The translations under genes were made by a program, and so were the position numbers. DNA of 64,000 nucleotides from Takakia lepidozioides (taxonomy: Eukaryota; Plantae; Bryophyta): contig CM060733.1 of assembly GCA_030704615.1 (NCBI GenBank), positions 72,664,001 through 72,728,000 on the forward strand, in the 5' to 3' direction. Positions 1-11,660 of the stretch are shown piece by piece (position 1 is the first letter of the stretch; each line of letters begins with the position of its first letter). Under the pieces are notes generated by a model. It did no database searches. It saw only the letters and a program-made list of their open reading frames with translations, and had not been told where the DNA came from.

Positions 1-95
1 TAGAATCTTCATTTGGGACAACACAATGTCACTCGTAGTTTGTTTTTAGCTCTTCTTTGTATTTAAGACCGCATACATGAGGTCAAGGGTGGGGG

Positions 96-168
96 TGTCG
101 TGCGCATACGTATCGCTACACAACTACATCGCTGTCCAAACCACACAACACATACACACACCACACAA
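96..168 (-). repeat. 3' LTR terminal remnant of element A
   Basis: tgtcgtgcgcatacgtatcgctacacaactacatcgctgtccaaaccacac is nearly identical to the sequence starting at 59716 and at 60162. Confidence 0.8.
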
Positions 169-609
169 TGGTTTGTCATAAGAACTGCCGTATACGTCGT
201 CTCTCTCCTTTGTGACAATGGGTCCAACGTTAAGCTCCCAGTTGTCCTCCGTAACTGAAACCTTAAGTCCAGCAGACTTAGAGGTAGGAGACGTGTCCTG
301 TGGTTGATATGTTGCAACCTCTTGAGCAGTGACCACTGCCTGCTCTGTCAGTGACAATGCCTTATCCTGCCCTATCATCCCTTCCTTGAGGACTTCCTTA
401 GTCTGAGAAAAATCCCCAATCTCATCCATCACCTTAGCCGACTTGGTTGCCAACTCCCTCTGAACCTCGAGCACCTCCCACGTGTGCCATGGATGCCTGC
501 ACCTTGTGGTCTTCACCTCTTTACCCCCACTCGCTGCCTACGTCGTCTCGGTATGCAGGGAGATTGTCAAGGGAAGTTGAGTAACTAAAGTTGACCGCAG
601 TCGGCGCTG

Positions 610-1572
610 CTCAGCCATACTCAAGCTAATGATTCAGGTCAAGCAATTGAGATCCATCACTTGCCCCAACACTTGATGACGTGATGCCTCGGAAAGAGAT
701 GGCACCACCGTGGTACCAGTGGGAAAACCCATTGCCCTCTCGCGCTCGTCAGCATTGGACTCCACTAACTGCTGCAACTGGACACCCCACAAGAGGCCTG
801 GTCCACTATCCCGGAAAGCATGAGATCCTGGAAAGCTGAGCACTGTAGGCAATGCTGCTTGTAAGTGACCCACCTTATTGACCATTGCCAAAGGTAAGCG
901 GTCATCGTGTCTCACACTCTGAGACTGCCTCCCTATGTCCAAAATGCTATCCACCGTGAGGTTTGGTGGCCGCTGCACCCCATCAAATGCACGCTTGAGC
1001 AGTGCGGGTGGCATCAAGTTGGTCCACCATAGTCGTGGACGATGGGCCAGTGACCCCACTGCAGTTGCATCCAACAATACTGCTGACCCGAGCCACAACC
1101 AAACCTGATGCACACTGGCCATCACCTTGGCCTGAGAATCACCCATCAATGGTACAATCTCCAAGTTGTATGCTAGAGAGTCCGTCTGCTGAAGCTGTAA
1201 ATAGCGCAGGATCCTTAACATCTCCCAAAACAAGCACGACCTTGAGTCTTGCAATCCATTGTCATGTCTGGCCGATGAATGTCATTGGCAGGGCCAATCT
1301 GCCACTACCAAATGAATGGAGCCAACCCGCTCCAAATCCTACGCCCCTAGCAAAGAAATGTCTGCTGGCAATGTCTGCTGGTATCCACGAACTGCAGACA
1401 CCGGCAACAACTCAGGGTACTGCTGCACTAGTTGAGCAACATGGCGCAGTGAGACGCGGTGTGCAGTCTCATCCCTCTCCACATACAAGTAACGTTGTAC
1501 TCGTACACCTGCCTGTAGCACAGCAGCCAAACCAGTGCTGATCCCGCCAAACAAGTCCAGAAGGGAGATGCC
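610..1572 (-). pseudogene. C5 cytosine DNA methyltransferase domain (DNMT3/DRM-like motifs) within the gypsy polyprotein, inactivated
   Basis: Read in one frame through two stops: motif I LLDLFGGISTG, motif II YVERD, motif IV HLVVADWPCQ*HS (PCQ at 1285-1293), LFWEMLRIL, motif VI YNLEIV (ENV-like), motif VIII HRPRLWWTN, motif IX ERERAMGFP, motif X RHQVLGQVMDLNCL. Confidence 0.88.
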
Positions 1573-1840
1573 TTCATCCGGGTATTGCCACACAATAGGT
1601 GTGGTGTCCAATGGCGACAGCTGAGGTGGTCCTGGTGCAATCACCGCACTCTCCTCCTCTCCTGATGGTACAAAAGCCTCCACCCAGGCTTTTGCTGCAA
1701 ATCCTTGCTTGTGCCCCACATTGGAGTGTGAGCAATCATGGCAGGCAACTCCGCCATACCATGCATGTCATCATGCTCTGCTAGAGGTAGCACATCCTCT
1801 GTGAGTGCATTGCCCTCCAATAACTATCCAGGCCAACTCA

Positions 1841-2398
1841 CTATGGCTGTGAAGGCTGTACTATCGGCATCTTGCCCCGTTGGGCAGCAGCAATACCCCC
1901 AATGAATGTCACATGGAGTTGCATACGACGACCATCCCCTGATTGCCATCCAGGCCTATAGGAGGCTGACTCCTCCCATAAATCCAGGGTGAAGCCCATG
2001 GGATATAATACTGCCCCACCAACCAACACATCATAAGAAATTGCGTCCGTCACAATGGCCTTGGCTCGCATAACTGAGCCATCTGTAGGATGATCCGGCT
2101 GCAGTCTAATGAACAGCTCATGGCGTGTCATGCCTCAAGCCCGCTCTGATTCTCCCAGAGATGTTTGTATCTGGAAATGACAAGGCTCCATGTCCACCTC
2201 TGTGAGCCCCAAACCTGCAATAATAGCTCTGCCCAGCATAAGTGACTGAGCTCCTGAGTCCAGCAATACTCGTAGTGGCCGGAACCTCCTGCCTGTCAGC
2301 CCACTCAAATAGAAAATACCATCATGGTTGTCCAACAAAACAACTCCAGGTGTCACCATGGCGCGCTCGATGGCTGGCCTAGCTGGCAGCTCCGTCAA
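1841..2398 (-). pseudogene. Retroviral-type aspartic protease of element A
   Basis: VLLDSGAQSLMLG active-site motif and downstream YDVLVG flap motif; one in-frame stop. Confidence 0.8.
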
Positions 2399-3249
2399 CC
2401 TGACAGCTGCAGCTTGCTATGGCGCAGCCGTGGCAGTCTTGACCCTCAAATCTGAGGATCCCTCCGACATAGCACCTTCCACTAACTCCGCAGAACTAGA
2501 TGAAGTGATCTCCCCACTCTCACAGAGTGTCGCCGCCAGTCTGAACACTGCAGCTGGTCGTACGTCCGACGTTGCAATCATGGTCGCCAAAAACAATGGG
2601 GCCTGACACGTAGAGGTGATCGGCCCCAACAACACACTGGCTGCACTAGCCTTGGCAGCAGGTGTTGGTGTTGCATGTGTAGCTCTCCCCAATGGCACAA
2701 TAACCTCCGCCTCGGTATTTGTCGGGCGAGACAACTAGCATGTAGCCCAGTGGTAATGGGCACATACCACGTTGGATGTGGTTGTGGGTTCAAACCACGG
2801 TCTGGTGTGTCATGAAGGTGTCCACCTTTGAGCTGGAAGGCAGTAGCCCTTGTGGTGAAGTGACACCATAAGTTACGCTCCCTTCGGGAGGCGTCATACT
2901 TTGTCGGGCGAGAACTAGGTGCCATGGATGGGGTCGACACTGTCTCTGGCAATGTGAATGATTGAGGTAGCCTGGCCTGATGGCTTGCCTTGCCACGCTA
3001 TGGATCCAACTCCACCTTGTGGCTCATGAACTCGTGCTGCTCCTCGAGTCACAGATGCAGCAGAACCACCTGTACAAGTGGTCCTTCGAGTGCTGCCCCG
3101 CACATAAATCCCATGCCTCCTATGCCTGCCATGTCTCTTCCGTCAAGATGACACTGCTGAGGAGGAACATGAGGTGGACCCTCAGGTCTTGGAATTGGTA
3201 CCACTTGAGTTGTGGCCATGGCAGCAAGCCTTTGCTCTAGCTGCTGAAG

Positions 3250-4680
3250 CCGGTTAGCCATGCCTTGGTCAACGCCCTGACCTCCACGTCCTTGGCCATA
3301 CTGTGCTTGCCCTCATCCTGCACCTTGTGCTTGACCACCTCGTCCTCACTGAGGTGCTCCACCTTGCCCTCGGCCACCATGGTTCCCTTGAAACTGGCCT
3401 TGCCGCAACTCAGGGTGCAAGTCATAACACTGGGCCTCTCCATGCCCATACTTGCCACAATGCCCACACTACAATTGTGCAGGCTGTGCTTATGCCGGCC
3501 CTTTGCCGCTCTCTGGGCAATCCTTCTTGACATGGGGTCCTCCACATGTCCAACACACCAACCCTGGTTGCTGTTGGCCTGCAAAAGAAGCTACTGGCCT
3601 CTGCACCTGAGGTCCCCTGTAAGCTCCATGAAACTTGCGTTGGACAACCTTGCCCCCCTGACCACGGTGCGGTACAGTGTGCTGCGTTTGTTGGTTGGCA
3701 GACACACCCCGTGGCATGTCCTTGCGAAACCCAATGGTCACTACACGCTCCTCCACCATGTTGAGCTCAATCCGCTCAGCCAGCAGAAACACATCTCCTA
3801 AGGTGGATTGGGCCGCTTGTCAGAGGGTTGCATCCCGCACCCTTCTCCTGAGCTCCTTGTCCAAAATTCCATACTAGAATTGGACTGCCTGAGCTTCAGT
3901 GACCCCTTGGGTCACACTTATCAAGCACCTCATATGAGTGTAGGCCTCTCGCAAGCTCTCACTAGACTTGCGCTAGAAGTCTTGCAAACTTCGCAGCTTC
4001 TCTGTCCGTACCCCTTGGTAGTTCCACCGCAACTTCTGGAAGAACTCCACCACCAGATTGAATCTAGGCACAGGTGTTGTAGTTGTGGCAGGGGAAATGG
4101 TAGCACCTTTAGAACTGGTACCACCTTCAGAAGTACCGACACCACTTGTTCAACTACTAGTGCTTGCAGTTAGAGGTGTTGGTGCTGGTGCAGCTACTGG
4201 TTGCGTCGTGCCTCGAGTAATGGAGATGTAGTTAGGTGACCAATACATCCTCCGCTCCTCAATCTCTGCTTCATGTCCTTGCCTGAACTCGTGGTAATCG
4301 TCCACAGGCGGGCCTTCCAAATGTTGAAATAGTCCCTTCCACACCATGAATGGGGTGAACAGCTGTGGATTGCGCATCTGCTCCAAATCACACCAGCTGT
4401 CAAACTCCTGGATAAAGTCATCCAGCTTCATTGTGCCCACAGCTCCAGAGTACCTACGAGCCCCCTTGGTAGCTTCATAAATCTCCTCCATGTCGTCCCA
4501 CAACAATGGCGAAAGAAACTGCACACCTATTGATGAAGCCTCCAAGTGTATGTCAGACTCTATACCAGATGAAGGTGGAGGTGAAGGTGGTCTGAACCGA
4601 ACCCCTCGCCTCGTGAACCCACTGCCACTGCTACTGCCTGTAGCCGCACTCCCCTTAGAACCCTTGGGTAACTCCGTGAT
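3250..4680 (-). pseudogene. gag of element A (capsid-like region and two zinc knuckles); N-terminus continues at about 11666-12279
   Basis: CWTCGGPHVKKDC and CGHCGKYGHGEAQC knuckles at about 3420-3560; YSGAVGTMKLDDFIQEFDSWCD gag-like segment. Confidence 0.7.
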
Positions 4681-4685
4681 GACAC

Positions 4686-5409
4686 TGTCATGGCCCTTTG
4701 GCTCGAAGGCAGGGGGTCGGGATACACGAGGGGCTGCCCCTGTGGTGGGGGCAGTGGCAACAATGGGTAGGGGGGCTGAAGCACCCTTGAGTGCCCAAGG
4801 CACTCAAGGAGGCGGAGGCACTCACTAGGTGGAGCCCCGCACACTAGGTTGCGGTGGGGTGGTTCCACGAGGGGTGGTGGTAGCTTAGTGAGTCTTAGTG
4901 GGGGTGACATAGGACTCACCATGGGGCGGAGACTTTGTGGTGGGAGTCGTGGGGAGTCTTGGGACTCATCACGGTCCATTGGGCCCGTGGTGGGTGGGCC
5001 AAGACTCACCGTGACTCATCACCGGGAATCAAGGGTCTTCGTGGTGGTTTGCCATAAAATGACTGTGTTGTTTGTGAAACCCCCGCGGATAGTCACAGAA
5101 GTATATATAGGGAGTAGTAACCCCGAGAACGGTGCAAGCCCGTTGGTGACCAAAAACTAGTGAGTAAGCGTGCGAGCCGGAAAGCGACCAAGGTGTGGGG
5201 AGCTGTTCCGGACTGCCAACAACCAAAGGGAATTTCCACTAGGCCTTAAGTGTGCGAGGGTCTCGTGGAGGAGCAAAGGGGGACCGTTATGCCCCGGTGA
5301 GCAGCCAAAGCTTCGAATTGGCCCGGCGGCCAGTTTGGAAGTTAGGCGCGCGCATCAAAACGAGTAACTATGACTTGAAGGGGAGTTTGCCGAAGTGAAG
5401 TGCGCAACA
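4686..5409 (+). repeat. 5' LTR of B1
   Basis: TGTCATGG...GCGCAACA, direct repeat of 10877-11660. Confidence 0.93.
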
Positions 5410-5411
5410 CT

Positions 5412-5423
5412 TGGTATCAGAGC
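5412..5423 (+). promoter_or_regulatory. Primer-binding site (initiator tRNA-Met)
   Basis: TGGTATCAGAGC, 2 nt after the LTR end. Confidence 0.93.
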
Positions 5424-5464
5424 TTAGAGTTTAGTACGCGATCGTCCTTGAGATTGGCCTCATC

Positions 5465-8400
5465 ATGGGGTCGGGCAAGACAAAGCGGGAACGGCCCGAA
5501 AGATGATGATCCTGGTGAGCCCGATGGGGGCGACGTGTCTCCGAAGCGGCAACTGGAAGAGGGAATTTATGCTTCTGATAGCGAGGCCGCTTGAGAGCGG
5601 GAGGAATTTGAGGGGACAGAGCCCGAGGACTTCCCAAAGGTTCCGTCAGACCAACAGATGCCTCCCATGCCAGCAGCCTTTTGGGAAGGGCTTCTGGCAC
5701 AGTTTGGCGGGACACTGAAGGACGTAATGAAAGCTGCCAATGCCACTTCCACTAAGGCAAAGTTTAAGGTGAAGCCTAAGGAACCCGACACCTTTGAGGG
5801 CGTCCAAAATCGGAAGGCACTCAACACCTGGCTCCTGGAGCTAGAGCAGTACTTCCGGGCGGCCAAGTTGAGTGACGAGGATCGGGAAGAAGTGGCACCC
5901 ACCTATTTGAGGGGTTATGCTCAACAATGGTGGCAGAAACGTCTTCGGGACCAAGGGCCAGACCGATAGACCTTGAGCTGGAGTGGGTTCAACGAACTAA
6001 TGAAGAAACAGTTCGTGCCCCTCAACGCGTCCTGGCTTGCCCGGGACAAGATGAGAAATTTGAAGCAAACGGATGACATTCGAGGATATCTTCAGGCTTT
6101 CAATGTGCTACTGCTCGAAGTCGCGGATATGGGGCAACCAGAGATGGTCTTCAACTTTGTGGCGGGACTGGCCCCATGGGCCGGACGGAAGTTGGAGGAG
6201 AAACCACCAAAGACTTTGAACGAGGCAATTGAAAGGGCTAAATGTTTCTCGGATGTCCCTAGGGGCAAAAGACAAGGCCGTACGGAGCTAAACCACAAGA
6301 AGGCCCGGTGGGAGGGTGACTCCTTCCGAACGGAAAAGAAGTGGGATAGGCCACGCGGCGACAATGGCACATGGAAATCAAAGGGAGGGCCTTCACACGT
6401 CAAGGCGGCACCCAGTGCTCCGAAAGGAAAATCAGGTGCGGCGGCTTATGGTTGACAAAAGGTGACCTTTGATGGAGTGTGCTTTCATTGCGGGGAGCCC
6501 GGGCACATGGCCAAGAAGTGCGCGAAACCCCGACAATTGAACATGACTCGGGCGACCACGGAGCTGTCCGAAGATTCCATCAGCCGCTTGGTGGAAGCAG
6601 TGGTCGCCAAGACTTGCAAGGTAGGCAACTACTCTTGTGAGTTGTATCAGGAGACTAGAGCCTTGCATAAAGGGAGTCAGTTAATGTTTGTGAGTGGGAT
6701 AATTTCTAGAACTAACGTGTCATTGTTGGTGGACACAAGAGCGTCGCACTCCTTCATGACACCGGCAACGGCACGGAAACTGGGGCTCCCGACAAGTGAT
6801 GTGGGGGCCTCTATTGAAGTGCGTTCTGCCACAGGAGAACCACAACTGGCAACGAGGTTGGCGTTCGATGTTCCTCTTCAGTTGGGGACTAGTTGGGAGG
6901 GACGTGAGAACTTCACCATTTGCGAGATCGATGGAGTGGATCTCATTTTGGGGATGACCTTATTGAGCAAGTCCGGAGCGGTCATGGATGGCCGCAAAAG
7001 AGTAGTCACGCTACCGTGTGGGAATGGTGGCGAAGTTTTACGGGTGTCAGAAACGCCCAACCGAGTGGGAGGGCGAATAAACCTGCTGACAGCAAAGGAG
7101 TGGGCTGTGGAGGAGCCACACGAGCCCCAGTTTTTGCCTTACGTAAGACAAGTGGAAGGAGAAGTTGATAGGGAGCCGAGCCCAGATTGGATCAAGGGGA
7201 TCCTGGAAAAATACTAGGATGTGATGCCAGAGGATTTACCAAGCGGCTTGCCACCGCGAAGAGGAGTTGATCACAAGATAGAGGTGATATCGGGATCGGA
7301 ACTGCCTGCCAAGGTGCCCTACCGGTTGAGCCACAGAGAGTTGGTCGAGCTGAAGGCCCAGCTCAAGGATCTAATGGCAAAGGGGTACATCCGGCCGAGG
7401 AAGTCACCTTACGGAGCCCCGGTACTATTCGCAAACTTTGCTCCTGCCAACCGATCGAAGAGGTTGTCGATCCTTGGCAAAGGGTGCCGATTTTTTATAG
7501 TCACCTTATTTAGAGCCCTGTCAGTATTTCAGCCGGATCGATTTACGTTTGGGTTACCACCAGATCCGGATAACGGAAGGAGATGAGGAAAAGACAGCTT
7601 GCAGGACAAGGTATGGCTGGAACGAATTTTTGGTGATGCCTTTTGGGCTCACCAACGCGCCAGCAACCTTTAGCACCCTGATGAACTGCCTCTTTTAGGA
7701 GTGGTTGTATGACTTTGTAATCGTGTACATCGACAACATCTTGGTGTACTCGAAAACGAAAGAAGAGCACTTGGAGCACCTCAAAAGGGTGTTCCAGAAA
7801 TTGCGGGAAGGGAAGCTGTATGCCAAAGCTTCAAAGTGCGAATTCGGGGTCATGAAAGTGGAGTTCCTAGGGCATGTAATTACGCAGGATGGGATCAAAA
7901 TGGATGACAAAAAGGTGAGGGTGATCTTGGACTGGGAACCTCCGACTTCGGTCCCGGGAGTGCGATCCTTCCTAGGACTCGCCTCCTATTACCGAAAGTA
8001 TGTGAGAAATTTTGCCAAGATCGCGGGGCCGCTGTCAGACCTTTTGAAGGTATGGGTATGGAACACTTTTTGAGGCCAAGCTTTTGCCGAGTTGAAGCAG
8101 CGGATGGCGGAAGCTCCAGTCTTGAAAATCCCGGAGTTCGACCGTCCATTTGAGATTCATACAGATGCGTCAGACCTTGCAATCGGGGGTGTGCTCATGC
8201 AGGATGGACGTCCAGTGGTTTACAAAAGTAAGAAACTTAATGGAGTGGAGCGATGGTGGCCTATGCATGAGAAAGAAATGAAGGCGGTGGTGCATTGCCT
8301 TGAGCTGTGGCGCCACTATGTTGGTTCCAACCCGGTGAAGGTATTCATGGACAATGTCACGGTGAAGTATTTTACCACACAGCCTAAGTTGTCCCCAAAA

Positions 8401-9980
8401 CAACTTAGGTGACAAGACACTTTGGCAGTGTTCGACGTGGATATCCAGTACAAACCGGGACGGGACAATGTGGTAGCCGATGCTTTAAGTAGAAAGCAGC
8501 AGCTCATGTTGGTGTACAAGGGCGAGACGACGCTCCAAAGGAAGATCCGGAAGGCTTACCGGAAGGATGAAATGGCGAAGTCCGTGATGCGGGACTTGAG
8601 GTTAGGGGTTAAATTACAGTTCCACTTGCATAATGGACTGCTCCAGTACAAGCAAAACGTCTATATGTGCCGAAGGGAGGGATCAGAGATAGTCTCTTGA
8701 GAGAATGTCACGATGGCCCACTTGGGGCCACGGCGGAGCCAAGCGCACCGTGACACTCTTGAAGAAAGAGTATTTCTGGCCCAAACTGAGGGAGGAGGCC
8801 GAGGAGTATGTCAAGACATGCACCACATGCCAACAAAACCGGAGCGCGTACAAAAAGCAAGTGGGGCTGTTACAACCCTTTCCGATTCCAGAGGGGTCTT
8901 GGGAAAGTGTCTCGATGGATTTCATGATTGCTTTGCGCTGTCAAAAGGATTCAATGCAATCATGGTGGTGGTGGATAGGTTTAGTAAAATGGGCCATTTC
9001 ATCCCCACCAAGGAGACGGCAACAGCGCAGGAGATGGGGCGACTTTACTTCGCCTAGTCTTCAAGCATCATGGATTCCCGAAGGATATTGTCTCGGACCG
9101 CGATCCAAAGTTTACAAGTAAATTTTGGAGGGCACTTTGGAAGAAAATGGGGATGAGGCGCAAGATGAGCACGGCCTTCCGACCTACAACGGACGGCCAA
9201 ACGGAAAGAGTGAACTCCGTGGTGAAGCAGATCTTGCGGAATTATGTGTCGGCACACCAGTCGGACTGGGTGGAGCACTTGGATGCGGCAGAGTTCTGTT
9301 ATAATAACACAAAACACTCCACAACGGGAGTTTCCCCTTTCGTATTGGTCTATCGAAAAGCACCACTGGTGCCGACAAGTTGGGCCGCCCAGGACGATGA
9401 GGAACAGGTAGCAGCAGCGGTGCTGGAAGAACGCGAGCGTTTGTTGAAGCTCGCAAAGTACAATATTGCCAAAGCTAGGGAATGGTATGAACGACAGGCG
9501 AATCGGAAGCGGAGGGAAGTTAAGTTTGAGGCAGGCACGGAGGTCTGGTTGAACATCAAGAATTTTCGACCACCTCCGGAAGTGAGTCCAAAGTTTGTAC
9601 CTCCTTATGCGGGGCCCTTTCGCATCCGGAAGGTTATGAATGAGGATGTGTATGAATTGGAGCTGCCGGCACACAGCAAGGTGCATCCGGTATTCCATGT
9701 TTCCCTTTTGAAGCCTTACTTCAAAGATGAAGCGCGTCCGAATCGACATCAAGTGTTGCGTTCGCCACCTGTGCTGTTGGATCATGAAAATGAACCTGAG
9801 TACGAGGTAGAGGCAGTGCTTAAGTCGAGGAGGTTCAAGAATCGAGAAACGGAATATCTCGTGAAATGGAAGGGCTATTATCAAGTGGAGGCAACTTGGG
9901 TGCGTGCCTCAGAAATGGGAAACGCATCCAAGGCGGTTGCAGCTTTCGAAGGGCAACCTCAAAAGCGGAAGAAGCATTGA
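5465..9980 (+). pseudogene. gag-pol of B1 with C-terminal chromodomain; multiple stops and frameshifts
   Basis: CFHCGEPGHMAKKC knuckle, LLVDTRASHSF protease, YIDNIL (YIDD-like) RT, HTDASD RNaseH, TDGQTERVN integrase, GPF motif, EYEVEAVL..YLVKWKGY..ATW chromodomain. Confidence 0.92.
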
Positions 9981-10876
9981 TGGGGACATCAACCTTGGAT
10001 CGTGGGGGAGGAAAACATGCTTAGTCCGGGTTAGCTAGCTCAGGAATCTGATTGCAAAAACTTGTGTTGTACAAATTTTGTTTATAAATGAAATGGTTTC
10101 CAAATGTTGTGCTTCCTATTTTGTTTGGAATGATGATGCATGGTATGGTTGGCTATTGTGTAGAATGCATGCTAGCTTACAAAAGTGGGAGAGGTAAATT
10201 GGATTAATCGTGTGTTTGCGCAGTGCCGGTGACTCCCATCCAAGGAGCAAGGAAACTTGCGCCTTCTTTGGGAATTCACGTGCTATTGCGCACTTGGCGC
10301 GTGCGCGTGCTATAACTGCGCTACCGAGGGGGTTGCCTTGTAGTGCGGGCTAACGCGGAAGCTACGTGCTTCCGTTCACGTACTATAATCATGTAGCCTC
10401 GGGACGAAGTCGTAGTGCGGCTTCGGTGTGTTCCCGTACCTCAGGCCAGCATTCAAGGCGGACCCAATTGTAGTGATTGGGGCACACGGTTGGTTCAAGA
10501 TTATCTTCCTAGTCAAAAAGGGTTCAAGGTGAACCCTTGCTCAAGGTGATGCCAAAAAGCGGCATCATGAGCGATTGCAAGCAATGTAGTTGCAGTAAGG
10601 CGATTCGATCCTCGGGGAGGATCGTTCTTTGGCCTTAAAGTGGGCCAAGAAGAGTGCACTGGGTGGAGCTTGAGAGGCTCCACCCTTGGCCGGGACTTGG
10701 AGGAAGCCGGCCGAACTAGCTAGTGGAGAGTAGAGTCAAGTGGGGGTTTGGTTCTTTGCCATGGGACGCCATGGTACGGAAACAAACTCCTTGATGTGGA
10801 CGCCACAACTTGGATGTTAGTTTCTACAAAATGGACAAATCGATGAGGACATCGGCTCCCTGTTGGTAGGGGTGTG

Positions 10877-11660
10877 TGTCGCGGCCCTTTGGCTTGAGGG
10901 CAGGGGGTCCGGACATAAGAGGGGCTACCCCTGTGGTAGGGGCAGTGGCAACAATGGGTAGGGGGGCTGAAGCACCCTTGAGTGCCCAAGGCACTCAAGG
11001 AGGCGGAGGCACTCACTAGGTGGAGCCCCGCACACCGGGTTGCGGTGGGGGTGGTTCCACGAGGGGTGGTGGTAGTTTAGTGGGTCTTAGTGGGGGTGGC
11101 ATAGGACTCACCATGGGGCGGAGACTTTGTGGTGGGAGTCATGGGGAGTCTTGGGACACATCACGGTCCATTAGGGCCGTGGTGGGTGGGCCAAGACTCA
11201 CCACGACTCATCACCGGGAATCAAGGGTCTTCGTGGTGGTTCGCCATAAAATGACTGTGTTGTTTATGAAACCCCCACGGACAGTCACAGAAGTATATAT
11301 AGGGAGTAGTAACCCCGAGAATGGTGCAACCTCACTTTTGTGTATTGTGTTTCCTTGTATTCTATGAACTGCTGTTATTGGCCCACTGTTTATTGGTGAC
11401 CAAAAACTAGTGAGTAAGCGTGCGAGCCGGAAAGCGACCAAGGTGTGGGGAGCTGTTCCGGACTGCCAACAACCAAAGGGAATTTCCACCAGGCCCAAAG
11501 TGTGCGAGGGTCTCGTGGAGGAGCAAAGGGGGGACCGTTATGCCCCGGTGAGCAGCCGAAGCTCCGAGTTGGCCCGGCAGCCAGTTTGGGAGTTAGGCGC
11601 GCGCATCAAAGCGAGTAACTATGACTTGAAGGGGAGCTTACTGAAGTGAAGTGCGCGACA
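10877..11660 (+). repeat. 3' LTR of B1, preceded by PPT ggtagggg at about 10865
   Basis: Direct repeat of the 5' LTR with an extra ~60-bp segment. Confidence 0.93.

Larger units (their letters stand above)
4686..11660 (+). mobile_element. Full-length chromovirus-type Ty3/gypsy element B1 (decayed)
   Basis: Two TG..CA LTRs, 5-bp TSD GACAC (4681-4685 and 11661-11665), PBS, PPT, and gag-PR-RT-RH-INT-chromodomain. Confidence 0.95.

Noticed and set aside
610-1572. Bacterial restriction-modification methylase or a host DNMT gene
   Set aside because: It is intronless, co-linear with protease and RT in two element copies, and has no nuclease partner.
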